Source: Wolbachia endosymbiont of Onchocerca ochengi
GTDB taxonomy: Bacteria > Pseudomonadota > Alphaproteobacteria > Rickettsiales > Anaplasmataceae
NCBI RefSeq assembly: GCF_000306885.1
Contig: NC_018267.1
Location: 660,001-692,000, forward strand
Direction: 5' to 3'
Length of the DNA: 32,000 nucleotides
Positions 1-10,904 of this stretch are shown piece by piece. How positions within the stretch are numbered: the stretch's first letter is position 1; the number at the start of each line of letters is the position of its first letter. Both the position numbers and the translations under genes were made by a program. The notes under the pieces were generated by a model. That model had not been told where the DNA came from, did not search any database, and worked only from the letters and a program-made list of their open reading frames with translations.

Positions 1-2
1 AA

Positions 3-407
3 CCGCTTTGGAGATCCCCAAAGAAAGAATTTCTAACATTAAAGAGCCATGGCAATCTTACACAAATTGAAGCTTTTGGAGATAAATTTCCCAGTAACGT
101 AACTACTATAGTCTCTGGACACATTCATATAGCTCAGATATTATTAATGGACAGTGTTCCAGATCAGATCATAATTGGGAACGGTGGTGCATTACTACAT
201 GCTCAAGATCAGAAGCCGGTTTACCGAAATGTAGAGTTTAGTTATCCAAATAATAAAAGTTATTTAGCATATGAAGTTAGAAACTTTTTTGGCTTCGGTT
301 TTGCAATATTAGACTTGGATGATCACGAATTTACTTTCTATAATCAAGATAATAAAAAAATGCATTCTGTAAAATTGACGGAAGACTTTAAGCTTATGGT
401 ATATTAA
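3..407 (+). CDS. Calcineurin-like metallophosphoesterase family protein, C-terminal part (5' truncated by window edge)
   Basis: The frame of the listed ORF 147..407 stays open upstream to base 3 (...PLWRSPKKEFLTLKSHGNLTQIEAFGDKFPSNVTTIVSGHIHIAQILLMDSV...). It carries a GHIH motif like the terminal metal-binding GHxH of metallophosphoesterases. Confidence 0.55.
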   Translation, partial: PLWRSPKKEFLTLKSHGNLTQIEAFGDKFPSNVTTIVSGHIHIAQILLMDSVPDQIIIGNGGALLHAQDQKPVYRNVEFSYPNNKSYLAYEVRNFFGFGFAILDLDDHEFTFYNQDNKKMHSVKLTEDFKLMVY

Positions 408-449
408 AGCTATCATTTAGCTTAATATGGCTCTCTTTTATGTTTAATA

Positions 450-578
450 ATGAAAATATTAATTATTTTTCTTATTGCTTTAATGTATATAGTATTAAGA
501 TCTGCTAATTATGAATTAGCCAGTAAAGAAAGTGTTAGAAATGGAAGGTTTTTTTGTGGTGTAAAGGATATGAAATAA
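450..578 (+). CDS. Possible small membrane/secreted protein, 42 aa (MKILIIFLIALMYIVLRSANYELASKESVRNGRFFCGVKDMK)
   Basis: ATG-to-TAA ORF read from the sequence, below the supplied track's length cut-off. It has a basic N-terminus plus a hydrophobic stretch and directly follows the upstream gene on the same strand. Confidence 0.35.
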   Translation: MKILIIFLIALMYIVLRSANYELASKESVRNGRFFCGVKDMK

Positions 579-1594
579 GCGTAGAAAAAATGTGACTAGG
601 AAGTTAATATGGGATTAGGTAAATATGTTCTATCTCAAGTCTACCTTTGAGGCATATAGAAGCTATCTTATAATAGGTCTTTTTTTCAGAAAAAACTTTC
701 CATTTAATAAAATTAATGTGGTCTTTATATTTTTATGTTAATTAATAGGCTTGAGGTTTTTATTAAACAGTTTTTAATATAGTCCTTACTTTAAAGTATA
801 AACCTATTGATTTTCGAGTTAGATCTAAAACTAATCCTCTACTATTTAACATTATTTTTTGCTAGAGTGAACCCTTGAATTTCACTATTTTTATTGATTA
901 CCATATGCAGTTTGGAACTGTAAACCAGTAATGTAAGTGCTTTTGCTTAACTTTGTAATTTCAGCAAAAACTTTATTTTTTGGGACTCTTTTTCTATAGC
1001 TTATTGTGCAATTAGGTATCGAATTAATATAGGATATACGTATTTCTTACTATGCTCGCATAGCCATTGTAGCAAAATCGAATATAATCGGCTTTAGCTC
1101 AATAAACCTACATATGAAGGAATATTAGAAAGTCTGACTTATGCAATACCTTTTAAGTAATAGTTGATAAAACAATTTGAAATTTTCGTATCTAATTTCA
1201 ATATAGTAGAATTGTTATTATAATTTCGGAATACATTATTTTAGTACTCTTGTATTTCCCTTGTCATTGGATAATAGCCTACTTGTGAAACTTTCATCTA
1301 TTATTTCGCAATTATTATCTATAAGACAACTCTATTATATTTTACTTATTGAGTAATCTTCTGCTATAGCTATGCTTGGAAGTTACCCTGTTTTTCTTCT
1401 TTTCTCTATTCCCCTTCTAGTTCATAGTTATAGCTAACTTATTTGAAATATTAAGTAAAAAAAAGATTAATAAACAGAAGAAGCAATAAAAACAGATATA
1501 ATTACCTACTTTTAAAATAATAATCGTATATCTATTCCAAATAAACGTTGTCCACAATGAAAAGGTTTCTAGTATAATAGTAAATACTTTAACT

Positions 1595-4500
1595 TTACAT
1601 TAGCATACTGCGGTAACTGTTTTCTAAATCTTTCAGATCTACTTTTAAGGTATCTTTTATATTTAGAATCTTTTCCTCTGTCACTTTGCCGATGCATGAG
1701 AAAACTATACCTCTAAATAATTCTTCAAACTTTTGTTGATTTTGCGGTGATATAGTAACTAAAATTCTACTTTGTGATTCAGAAAACATTATTATCTTGT
1801 TTATTATGTTCCTATTTTGCGTTTCTCCAATTGGTACTAGTGAAAGATCAATTTCAGCACCTAGGTCTCCTGCAATCAGCGATTTTACCAGAGCAATAAT
1901 TAGCCCTCCTAAGTTTGATGTGATCGCGGAGACAATCATATCATTTTTTATTGCAAGATTATAACGCTGATACAACTTCTTAGCGCTCTTTGCATCAACC
2001 TTTGGTACCCTATTATCGCCTATTCCACTGTATAATTGATATTCAGATCTACCAAGCTCGTCGTAGGTTGTGCCAAGCACATATATCAAGTCCCCTGGCA
2101 TTTTTACATCAAGCGATACCACGCTCTCGATATTTTCTACAACTCCAATTGCTGAGATGAGTAGTGAGGGTGGCGCAGAGATCATCACTTTCTTGCCATT
2201 TTCATCATATCCCTTGAAATCATTAAACATACTATCTTTCCCAGATATGAATGGAGTTTTAAATGCAGTTGCAAAGTTGTAACAAGCCTCTGCAGCTCTC
2301 TTTAGCTGCCATAGTCTTTTTGGATTATAAGCATCACACCAACAAAAATTGTCTAGCAACGCTAGATGATTTATATTTCCTCCTGCAGCCACACAGCCGC
2401 GTATGGCAGTGTCGATTGCACATGCTGCCATATGATAAGTATCAATTTCTCCGTAGCTAGAGCCAAACCCTTGCGATTTTACAACTCCTTTATTTGAAGA
2501 AAGGATTGGCCTTGAAACAATAACTTCGCTACACACTCTTCCCTTTCCTTGCAGTGGTTTTAACACAGATGAACCTTGAACTTCATGGTCGTATTGCACC
2601 ACTATAAACTCTTTACTACATATATTTGGTCTGCTTAGCATTTCTTTTAGTTCAACTTCTAGAAAAGTAAGGTCTGTTGTCATTCTAGTGTATGATATGT
2701 GAGGGGTATTATCCCAGTACTTAACTCTGGGATCCATTTTGTGCTTAAACTTACCATCATGTACACTTTGATACAAGGATTCAGGTTTAGTTTTTATAGA
2801 CCATGGCTTTGTTTGTAAATAAATTTTAGGGTTGCCATCATGCAGAAACTTAGTTTCCATGTCCATTATTACTATCCCTCCTGGATATTCGACAATAGCT
2901 TTGCCACTGTTGTTAAATTCTCCAATTACGCTGATTTCTACATCATGTTTTTTCATGATTTGCCTAAATGCAGGAAGGTTTTCTTTTGGTACTGCTAAAG
3001 TCATTCTCTCTTGTGATTCTGATATCCATATTTCCCATGGAGCCATATCATGGCTTTTAAGTAAAACCTTGCTTAAATCAACTTTAAATCCATCTCTTCC
3101 CATTTCACCAATGGATGATGATAGGCCACCTGCTCCATTATCTGTTATTGCATTATAAAGACCAAGACCTCTTGTTTCCATTACGGCATTTGATAATTTT
3201 TTTTGCGTAATAGGATCACCAATTTGTACAACTGTTAAAGAACTGCTCCTTGATAGTGCCTCTGAAGAAAACGTTGCACCATGAATTCCATCTCTTCCAA
3301 CTTTTCCACCGATAATTACGATTTTATCACCATTTTTAGGTTTCTTAATATGTGAAGGTACATTATTTATACTGCGCGGGATAATTCCAACACTTCCAAC
3401 AAAGACTAATGGTTTGCCACAAAACCTATCGTCGAAGTATACTGATCCAAGTTGTGTTGGAATTCCAGAGGAATTGCCAGCAACATTAACACCATGAATG
3501 ACTTCTTTCATTATATATTTTGGCCGTAAAATCTCATCGATACGTTCTTTATCCCTATAAAATCTGTCTTTTATTTCTTTAGCAAAGCAAAAATAATAGG
3601 TATTCATTATAGGTTCTGCGCCCTTGCCAAAACCTATTATATCGCGATTAACTCCAAGTACTCCAGTCATTGCTCCTCCAAACGGATCAAGAGCTGAAGG
3701 GCTATTGTGGGTTTCAACTTTATCTACAATTAAGTAATCTTCATCGAAGATTATTCCTCCTGCGTTATCAGAGAAAACTGATACGCATATTTTAGAATCT
3801 ATCTCATGTGTTGCACGCTTAATATAATATGTGTATAGACCATCTTTTATTTTGTCAATAGGAGAACAAAAGATATTGTGCTTACAATGTTCAGACCAAG
3901 TTTGTGCAAGGGACTCAAGTTCAATGTCGTATGGATTTCTGCCAAGTTTTTTGAAGTGATTTCTTATAGTTTTCATTGCCATAAGAGAAAGCCCTAAAGG
4001 GCCATTACCATCGATTCCATCTCTGCTGATCTTCTTAAGTTCTTGGTTACTTACGTTTAAATCGATAGGTTTAGCTCGATTTCTATCTGCAGTTGTTTCC
4101 TTTTCTGTTATTATATGGCTTTGTGCTGGAACGATACTATAGTGAATGTGTGATCTGCCGTAATACTTCCAATGACAATTGCCGTTTTCCTTATAAATAA
4201 GTTTACAATACTCAGTGATAGGGTTAAATTCTTGTTTTATATCGTCTTTAGTTGGTGCGCTTCCTTTACCTAAAATTAACTTAGAGCTTCTTGCATTGAT
4301 GTAAATATCTTCATAAAGATGGCCTTTACTTATTAAATATTCTCTAACAATTTGTTTTACTGTATTACCTACATTATCGTTCATGCCAGGTAGGAAGCTT
4401 ATCTCTAAACCCCACTTGGCTTGCGGTTTTATAAAATCGTATCTAACCTCTTCAAAATCTTCATTGCAGAGGTAATAACGGTAGTCTTGTATAACTCTAT

Positions 4501-4636
4501 TGTAAAATAACTCACAAATTTCTTTATACAGCTTTGGTGGTAACTCTTTACTTATGCAGATTGAGTAAATATCGACTAGCCACCTGTGGTTAACCTGCTT
4601 ACATTTATTTAGGACTTCTACTCTGATATTTACCAT
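1595..4636 (-). CDS. purL: Phosphoribosylformylglycinamidine synthase (PurL), 1013 aa
   Basis: Long intact ORF with PurL-like blocks: 'ELESLAQTWSEHCKH', 'SALDPFGGAMTGVLGVNRDI', 'AGNSSGIPTQLGSVYFDDRF', 'GGKVGRDGIHGATFSS', 'GAGGLSSSIGEMGRDG'. Confidence 0.95.
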   Translation of the reverse strand: MVNIRVEVLNKCKQVNHRWLVDIYSICISKELPPKLYKEICELFYNRVIQDYRYYLCNEDFEEVRYDFIKPQAKWGLEISFLPGMNDNVGNTVKQIVREYLISKGHLYEDIYINARSSKLILGKGSAPTKDDIKQEFNPITEYCKLIYKENGNCHWKYYGRSHIHYSIVPAQSHIITEKETTADRNRAKPIDLNVSNQELKKISRDGIDGNGPLGLSLMAMKTIRNHFKKLGRNPYDIELESLAQTWSEHCKHNIFCSPIDKIKDGLYTYYIKRATHEIDSKICVSVFSDNAGGIIFDEDYLIVDKVETHNSPSALDPFGGAMTGVLGVNRDIIGFGKGAEPIMNTYYFCFAKEIKDRFYRDKERIDEILRPKYIMKEVIHGVNVAGNSSGIPTQLGSVYFDDRFCGKPLVFVGSVGIIPRSINNVPSHIKKPKNGDKIVIIGGKVGRDGIHGATFSSEALSRSSSLTVVQIGDPITQKKLSNAVMETRGLGLYNAITDNGAGGLSSSIGEMGRDGFKVDLSKVLLKSHDMAPWEIWISESQERMTLAVPKENLPAFRQIMKKHDVEISVIGEFNNSGKAIVEYPGGIVIMDMETKFLHDGNPKIYLQTKPWSIKTKPESLYQSVHDGKFKHKMDPRVKYWDNTPHISYTRMTTDLTFLEVELKEMLSRPNICSKEFIVVQYDHEVQGSSVLKPLQGKGRVCSEVIVSRPILSSNKGVVKSQGFGSSYGEIDTYHMAACAIDTAIRGCVAAGGNINHLALLDNFCWCDAYNPKRLWQLKRAAEACYNFATAFKTPFISGKDSMFNDFKGYDENGKKVMISAPPSLLISAIGVVENIESVVSLDVKMPGDLIYVLGTTYDELGRSEYQLYSGIGDNRVPKVDAKSAKKLYQRYNLAIKNDMIVSAITSNLGGLIIALVKSLIAGDLGAEIDLSLVPIGETQNRNIINKIIMFSESQSRILVTISPQNQQKFEELFRGIVFSCIGKVTEEKILNIKDTLKVDLKDLENSYRSMLM

Positions 4637-4734
4637 ACAATATTATGAAAAGTTTTAATACATAATAACATAATAAGCTTCAAACACATTTGTATTTTAC
4701 TATACAATAAGCATCTTATTAGTCGATATCTTTT

Positions 4735-7422
4735 GTGGGGAAAATTTTTACTATTAATACATGTGAAACTTTCTTTGATGTGCTGATTCAGCATATATTT
4801 TTTGAATATGAAAGAGAAAAAATTCCTGAAATAAAGATCATACTTCCTTGTAAAAGAGATGTTATAGCGTTGCTGAGTGCATTCAAGAGCTACAGCGCTA
4901 GAAAATGCATAATTCTACCGGAGGTAGTTTCACTAGAAAACATTGATGAAGAAGATTTAATATTGAATCTTGATAAAATCAGAGTTATCAAGCCGACAAA
5001 AATGACGCTATTGTTGATTCAATTCATACTGGAGTGGAATAAAAAAAATAATGATAACTTTCCCATTGAATTGGCTTGTAGCCTACCATTATTGCTTGAT
5101 AAAATTCAAGATACCAAGACAAAGGACTATTATCAGTTTGGTAGGTACTCAAAAAAAATAGAGAGTTTCATAAATTTGCTTGGTGAAACTTGGAGTAGAA
5201 CTTTAAGAACTCTAGGAGTAATAGATATATCAAAACATAAGAGTGATTATATAGCAAATATGGTTACTTCTTTGCAAAGAGATCAACATGTAATCTTTGT
5301 CGGAATTGGAAAGGGTAAAATCTACAAGTTATTAATCAAAGCTATATATGACCTGCCATTTGGAAAAATAATCTTACCTAACCTAAACTTTAAAATTAAA
5401 GAGAAAGATTGGGAGTCACTCAGCAAAAGACATTATCAATATAGTGTAAAAGACCTGTTGGATTACTTAAATGTAGATAGAAAAGATGTGAGTTTTCTAG
5501 ATGAAACTTACATTGCTGTTGTTCCAGGACGTGAAGCTGGAATCTGTGATCAAGGAACTGTAGAATATTTAGATTATATCTTTGATACAACTGCTGATCT
5601 TAGCAAAGTTAGTAGTGGGTGCATTAAAAATATTGAAGTTATCGCTTGTGCTTCTAGAGAAGAAGAAGCACAAGTGATATCATTAATTATAGAGAATGAA
5701 GGTTATGAAAATGTTTCTTTGGTCGTTCTTGACAAATTACTTGCAACCCGTATGGCTTGTTTATCAAAACCTACATCAGAAAATAACTCTTACATAATGC
5801 TTTTGCTTTACAGCATCGAGATTTTAACCTCAAATTGGAATAGTGTGGCATTGCTTGCACTTCTCAAACATGAGCTAGTGACTTTTGGCTACTCTAAGGA
5901 AGAATATGCTCAGATTTTATCTGAATTTGAAATAGAGGTATTACGTAGTTTTAATACCAACAGTCTAAGTGATATTATAAATGTTATCAATACCCATGAA
6001 AAGCTAAAATATAAAAAGGATATATTACTTATTATCAATAATTTAAAGATTATATACGAAATATTAACTAATGTTATAAATTACTCAATTTATGATATAG
6101 TAACAGCTCATTTACAGTGTATTCATATGCTTTCTAATGTAAATCTTTTAAAGATGGATAATGAAATAGGTGATTTTATTTGTGATTTTTTGAATGCATG
6201 TGAGGGTGTGAAAGTTAAATGTTCTTTGGAAATATACAAGCAAATTCTAACTTTCTTCCTGAAGAAGGAGTTTTTTTCTGTAGCAAGTGACTTAAATAGA
6301 TTCAGTTTATATTACAATAGAGTTGTAATACTTGCTGGATTTTATGATATGCCGAGTTTTCAAAATCCATTTTTGAATACACTGATAAGAGAAAAATTTG
6401 GTCTTCCTTCTGTACAAGAGGAACAGGGGTATTTTTTATATACCCTGCGTAATTTATTTGGTGCAAGCAAAGTTTATATTATAAGCTTGCTGAGCGGCAG
6501 GAAGCCAACTATATTAAGTCGTTTGGAAGTTCTGTCACAAAAACCAAAATATCCTTATCGTGATTGGCTAAGAATATTAAATACACCTGAATGCATTGTT
6601 CCATGTACCCAGCCTACACCCAAGCCTCAAGCTAAAGTTAGAGAAGAAAAAATGCAAGTGATGTCTTCTAGTGCAGTAGAAAAACTGATTCGTAACCCTT
6701 ACTCATTTTATGTTGAATATATACTGAATCTTAGACAGCTAAGAGAGTTAAATTTTAAGCCATCAATACTAGAATTTGGTACTATGGTGCATAATATTCT
6801 TGAGAGGTATTTATGTGATAAGAAGCCACTTATGAGCATTGCAGGCGAGATATTCTCAACTAGTCAGTTTAATTTCTCAAGTATGTGGTGGGTAAAGCTG
6901 CAGAGAGTAATTCAATCTTTCGTTAAATTTGATAAGGCTAGAAACAATCATATTGAGTTAGAAAAAAGCTTCTCTTATCCAATACCTCATATTCCAGCAC
7001 ATACCGGTAGTCATGTTACTTGGATGACAAAAGGGATTTCACTGATAGCAAGATGTGATCGAGTTGAATACCTACCAAATGGACAAGTGGCGATTATAGA
7101 CTATAAACTTGGTTCACCACCTTCCAACAAGGAAGTTATGTCAGGGTTTTTTCCACAATTAATTTTACAAGCCTTAGCGGTCGAATACACAACCAAAAAA
7201 GAAATTTCAGAACTTGCTTATTGGAAGCTTGATTATGATAAAATAAAAATTATTCGTTTGAAAGATTATAGACTAAAAATGCAGGAATTTCAAGATAATT
7301 TACCAGGTTTTCTGTCTAGTTATTTAAGGGAGAGCACTCCTTTTATTGCTTCTCCATATTTCGATAAGTTTCTAAGATTTAATAATTATAAACAGTTAGA
7401 AAGAGTAGAAGAATGGTTTTAA
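4735..7422 (+). CDS. addB: AddB-like double-strand-break repair protein with C-terminal PD-(D/E)XK nuclease domain, GTG start
   Basis: 895 aa ORF. The C-terminal region has 'EFGTMVHNILERYL', 'ARCDRVEYLPNGQVAIIDYKLG' and 'FFPQLILQALA', matching the AddB/RecB-like nuclease motif order. The start codon in the sequence is GTG. Confidence 0.8.
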   Translation: MGKIFTINTCETFFDVLIQHIFFEYEREKIPEIKIILPCKRDVIALLSAFKSYSARKCIILPEVVSLENIDEEDLILNLDKIRVIKPTKMTLLLIQFILEWNKKNNDNFPIELACSLPLLLDKIQDTKTKDYYQFGRYSKKIESFINLLGETWSRTLRTLGVIDISKHKSDYIANMVTSLQRDQHVIFVGIGKGKIYKLLIKAIYDLPFGKIILPNLNFKIKEKDWESLSKRHYQYSVKDLLDYLNVDRKDVSFLDETYIAVVPGREAGICDQGTVEYLDYIFDTTADLSKVSSGCIKNIEVIACASREEEAQVISLIIENEGYENVSLVVLDKLLATRMACLSKPTSENNSYIMLLLYSIEILTSNWNSVALLALLKHELVTFGYSKEEYAQILSEFEIEVLRSFNTNSLSDIINVINTHEKLKYKKDILLIINNLKIIYEILTNVINYSIYDIVTAHLQCIHMLSNVNLLKMDNEIGDFICDFLNACEGVKVKCSLEIYKQILTFFLKKEFFSVASDLNRFSLYYNRVVILAGFYDMPSFQNPFLNTLIREKFGLPSVQEEQGYFLYTLRNLFGASKVYIISLLSGRKPTILSRLEVLSQKPKYPYRDWLRILNTPECIVPCTQPTPKPQAKVREEKMQVMSSSAVEKLIRNPYSFYVEYILNLRQLRELNFKPSILEFGTMVHNILERYLCDKKPLMSIAGEIFSTSQFNFSSMWWVKLQRVIQSFVKFDKARNNHIELEKSFSYPIPHIPAHTGSHVTWMTKGISLIARCDRVEYLPNGQVAIIDYKLGSPPSNKEVMSGFFPQLILQALAVEYTTKKEISELAYWKLDYDKIKIIRLKDYRLKMQEFQDNLPGFLSSYLRESTPFIASPYFDKFLRFNNYKQLERVEEWF

Positions 7423-8019
7423 AATTAGTAAATAGTATTATAAAAGTAACTAATGCTAGAGTGGGCTTATTATACTGCAGCGTTAACATATGGCAGTGTG
7501 TTGGTAGGTTTTTATGTTATTTTCACTTTGAAATTTTTGAAAATGATATAAAAGCAAAACAATATTTTTGATTACATTAAATTAAAAACTGGGTTTCAGA
7601 ATGTCTGCTAATTTTGTAATGCCGTTATAAAATGAAATGAGATACAAGTTGACTAAGTAAGAATTTTACCTTTAGGGTCACATTTTTACTTTAGTCCCTT
7701 GAGCGAGTTGCTAAAGTAATATTTTGTGTTAAATTATCCTGGCTAAGTGAAAGTTATAGTCTCGAAAATATATAAAGAGGCATTTAAAGGACATGGTTAT
7801 CAGAGAGTATAGATGTAGAAGAGATTAAGAAGGCACATTACAAATTTATACTGGAGTAGTATCATGATAGAATAGTTTTAGCTACAAGGTGAAAAAGAGA
7901 GTGTAAAGTAACGGAAAAGACTAAGGAAATAGAGGAAACAACAGTAGTATATTGAGTATTGAGTACTAACAGATAAGATTAAGGAAAAATTTATTAGTCA
8001 ACGGCTTAATGATAATTAA

Positions 8020-8895
8020 GTTAATAATTTAACTCAGTTTTATAAAAACTTTAATAGAAAACTCTATGAAAAGCGCTATGGTTCACATTTAAGTGAAGGA
8101 AAGGTTGACTGTTTAAGGCTCTTGAAAAATAGAGATCTAGCCGAAATAAAAGCTTTGTTAGAAAAAGTTCAAGATATCAATAAATAAACTAAAATTTATA
8201 ATATATATACTGGCACTTAATATTGGATTTCTTGTGAAGAATTTTTCTAATAACCTGAACTTGGTTAGGTAAAGTTTCTTAAAGGAGTTTTATTTAAGTA
8301 TAGTATTAATATAATTCAACACCGGTTCATGATTGTTAGTATCAGACCATGATTGTAACTTACATACATAAATGTAATATTATGGGTAACAGTAGGACTA
8401 TCTTGCGTGTCGTATGTCATGAACTAGGCATAATCTTAATGTAAAAAAATATAGAGTAAATCATAATACATTTGATAACTAAAATTTACATTACTGTATT
8501 ACCCTCTAAGGGAAAACAATGTTGTTAAGTTACTATTGAGTATGGAATTAAAACCGATGTAAAAATTCTGCTAAAGAAAAGCTAATTATTGATGGTATTG
8601 TAAAATACAAGTTAAGTACAATGAAAATCTCTTACTGCATGTACCTAGTAGGCAAAAAAACAGATTGTCACAGTCTATTACTTTTAGTAATTATATAGAA
8701 ATTGATCACAATATTGAAATTACAGAATTCCTATTGAAGGAAGGTGCTAGCCATGAATTTTATAGTTAAGTAGAAAAAAAAAGAATTATATATTGGTATA
8801 TTATATTTGACTGAGTAAAAAGGGAAAATGAGCTTATAAAATATTTCCTTGAATACAAAGAAAATGTAAATAACGATAATTTACATCGTGTCTAG
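8020..8895 (+). pseudogene. Decayed ankyrin-repeat gene remnant (several frame-disrupted fragments)
   Basis: Same-strand open fragments resemble ankyrin helices: 8020..8187 '...CLRLLKNRDLAEIKALLEKVQDINK*', 8515..8562 'NNVVKLLLSMELKPM*', 8641..8769 '...NIEITEFLLKEGASHEFYS*', and 8824..8895 'ENELIKYFLEYKENVNNDNLHRV*'. No continuous ORF joins them. Confidence 0.4.
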
Positions 8896-9518
8896 CTACT
8901 CATAATAGATGGTACAAAACATGACCCTCCACAGAAAGCAATTTTCAAGAATTTCCTTAAGAGAATTGGCAGTCACATAGGGTTAACCTATTGTTCGGTA
9001 TTATAGCGATACACTAGTTGTAATAGAAATTATACTGAAATTGTTGCTATTGAAACAATTACACTTATTGTGTTATTAGAAGTTGCTAGTGTTAAGGTAA
9101 ATAGTATATATAGTATAAGATATCTTGCTAATGTAGTGGTAAATCAATGTCGTAGTAATTAGTAATGTATATTTTAGTGTAGCCCTACTCTAGGGTATAT
9201 CAATCATGAAAGCAAATTAAACACTTTGTAAGTTTGCTCAAAGCTCTGGCTGTAGGTGTTTCTCTTAATTTTACCATTTTAAGGTTTTATATAAAATCAG
9301 GTCTCTTATATAACCTATTTTTGTGTTAAAATTTGTTTATGCCCCTTCTAAGTACTTTACGGTTCTGTTTCTCTTACAAATTCTTTATCATAATCTAACA
9401 AGATTTAGTGTTTTCCAGAGTACGTTAAAATTGCTGTAAAAAACTTAGTATTGAAAAGAATAAAATGCTTGTGCTTTACCTACGCTAAAGTAAAATTAGA
9501 CTTTACTCAATAATTTTT

Positions 9519-10904
9519 ATGCTTGATAGAATGCATGAAGAGTGTGGGGTATTTGGTACAAGCTCCAACAAAAATGCTGCTTTTGACTCCATAATAGGCC
9601 TTCATGCTTTGCAGCATAGAGGTCAGGAATCTTTTGGTGTAACGACAAGTAGCAATGGTAAGTTACATTCTTATCACTTTCAAGGTCAGGTTAGTAGTGT
9701 ACTTGATAAAATAGGTGAAATAAAAAAATCCCTGCCTGGAGATTATGCAATAGGCCATGTTCGGTATTCAACAAGTGGCAGTAAGTCTGGGGCACAACCT
9801 ATGCTTGGCAAAAGTAGTAAATTTGGAGATTTTGCTATAGCGCATAACGGTAATTTGATTAAAGTTTCTTCAATACGCGAACAGCTAATCAAACAAGGAT
9901 GCGTTTTTCAATCAGATATTGATACAGAAGTAGTAGTGCGTTTAGTAGAAGTCAATACTAGGAGTAGCTTCTTAGAGAGTTTTATATACGCATTAAAACA
10001 AATACAAGGTGCTTATTCCTTTGTTGCAATTAACCAAGAAGTGGTTATTGGAGTGCGCGATCCAGCAGGAATTAGGCCTCTTGTTTCAGGAAAACTAAAC
10101 GGTTCTTATGTGCTTGCATCTGAGACTTGTGCTTTTGATATAGTAAACGCAGAATTTGTCAGAGAAATAGAACCAGGTGAGTTAGTCACTCTTGACCGGA
10201 ATGGTAACTTAGCTTCAGCATTTCCTTTCTCACAGCAAAAATCAAGTTTTTGTATTTTTGAATACGTTTACTTTTCACGATCAGACAGCGTCATGGAGAA
10301 TAAGTCTATATATAATGTAAGAAAAGAAATAGGAAGAACTCTTGCAGAGGAAAGTCCACCAAAAAACAATGTGGATATGATTGTACCAATACCTGATTCT
10401 GGAACACCTGTAGCTATTGGATATTCAAGGCATTCAGCTTTACCAATGGAACTGGGAATAATTCGCAATCACTATATAGGAAGAACTTTTATACAACCAA
10501 CCGCTGAAGTACGTAAAGTTAAAATAAAATTGAAATTTAATGCTAATAAGCGCATCTTAAAAGGTAAAAATATAGTTTTAATAGATGATAGTATAGTACG
10601 TGGTAGCACGCTCAGAAGTATAATAGTTATGCTAAAAGATGCAGGAGTAAGAGAAATTCACCTAAAAATTTCAAGCCCACCAATTAAGTACTCTTGTTTT
10701 TATGGAATCGATACACCAGAGCGTAAGGATTTAATTGCTGCAAACCAATCTATAAAAGAAATGGAGGCAGATATAGGAGTGAATAGCTTAACCTTTTTGA
10801 GCATTGATGGTCTATATCAAGCTGTTAAGGAAGAAAAGCGCAATAACATAATGTCTCAATACTGTGATGCTTGTTTCACTGGTGATTACCCAATTGGTAG
10901 GTAA
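9519..10904 (+). CDS. purF: Amidophosphoribosyltransferase
   Basis: 461 aa ORF. N-terminal Ntn glutaminase region 'EECGVFGT...ALQHRGQESFG', 'GHVRYSTSG', and PRTase motif 'KNIVLIDDSIVRGSTLRSI'. Confidence 0.95.
   Translation: MLDRMHEECGVFGTSSNKNAAFDSIIGLHALQHRGQESFGVTTSSNGKLHSYHFQGQVSSVLDKIGEIKKSLPGDYAIGHVRYSTSGSKSGAQPMLGKSSKFGDFAIAHNGNLIKVSSIREQLIKQGCVFQSDIDTEVVVRLVEVNTRSSFLESFIYALKQIQGAYSFVAINQEVVIGVRDPAGIRPLVSGKLNGSYVLASETCAFDIVNAEFVREIEPGELVTLDRNGNLASAFPFSQQKSSFCIFEYVYFSRSDSVMENKSIYNVRKEIGRTLAEESPPKNNVDMIVPIPDSGTPVAIGYSRHSALPMELGIIRNHYIGRTFIQPTAEVRKVKIKLKFNANKRILKGKNIVLIDDSIVRGSTLRSIIVMLKDAGVREIHLKISSPPIKYSCFYGIDTPERKDLIAANQSIKEMEADIGVNSLTFLSIDGLYQAVKEEKRNNIMSQYCDACFTGDYPIGR

Noticed and set aside
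2070-3158. + strand ORFs of 70, 65 and 108 aa inside purL
   Set aside because: They are antisense to a clearly conserved purL, have no family resemblance, and look like codon-bias by-products.
7687-7718. Inverted repeat tactttag...ctaaagta (8-bp arms, 16-nt spacer) after addB
   Set aside because: It is AT-rich with a long spacer and only a weak T-rich tail, and lies about 265 bp after the stop. It could be chance in this composition, so no terminator is claimed.
8319-8353. Imperfect direct repeat 'catgattgtta'/'catgattgtaa'
   Set aside because: Only two short copies with no periodic array. Not a CRISPR and not a clear tandem repeat.
10268-10468. - strand 66 aa ORF
   Set aside because: Antisense to purF with no independent support. 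The same reasoning removes 13334..13567, 16695..17030, 18062..18244, 18947..19159, 19938..20120, 22480..22674, 25070..25411, 27499..27831, 27527..27778, 28198..28428 and 31540..31737.
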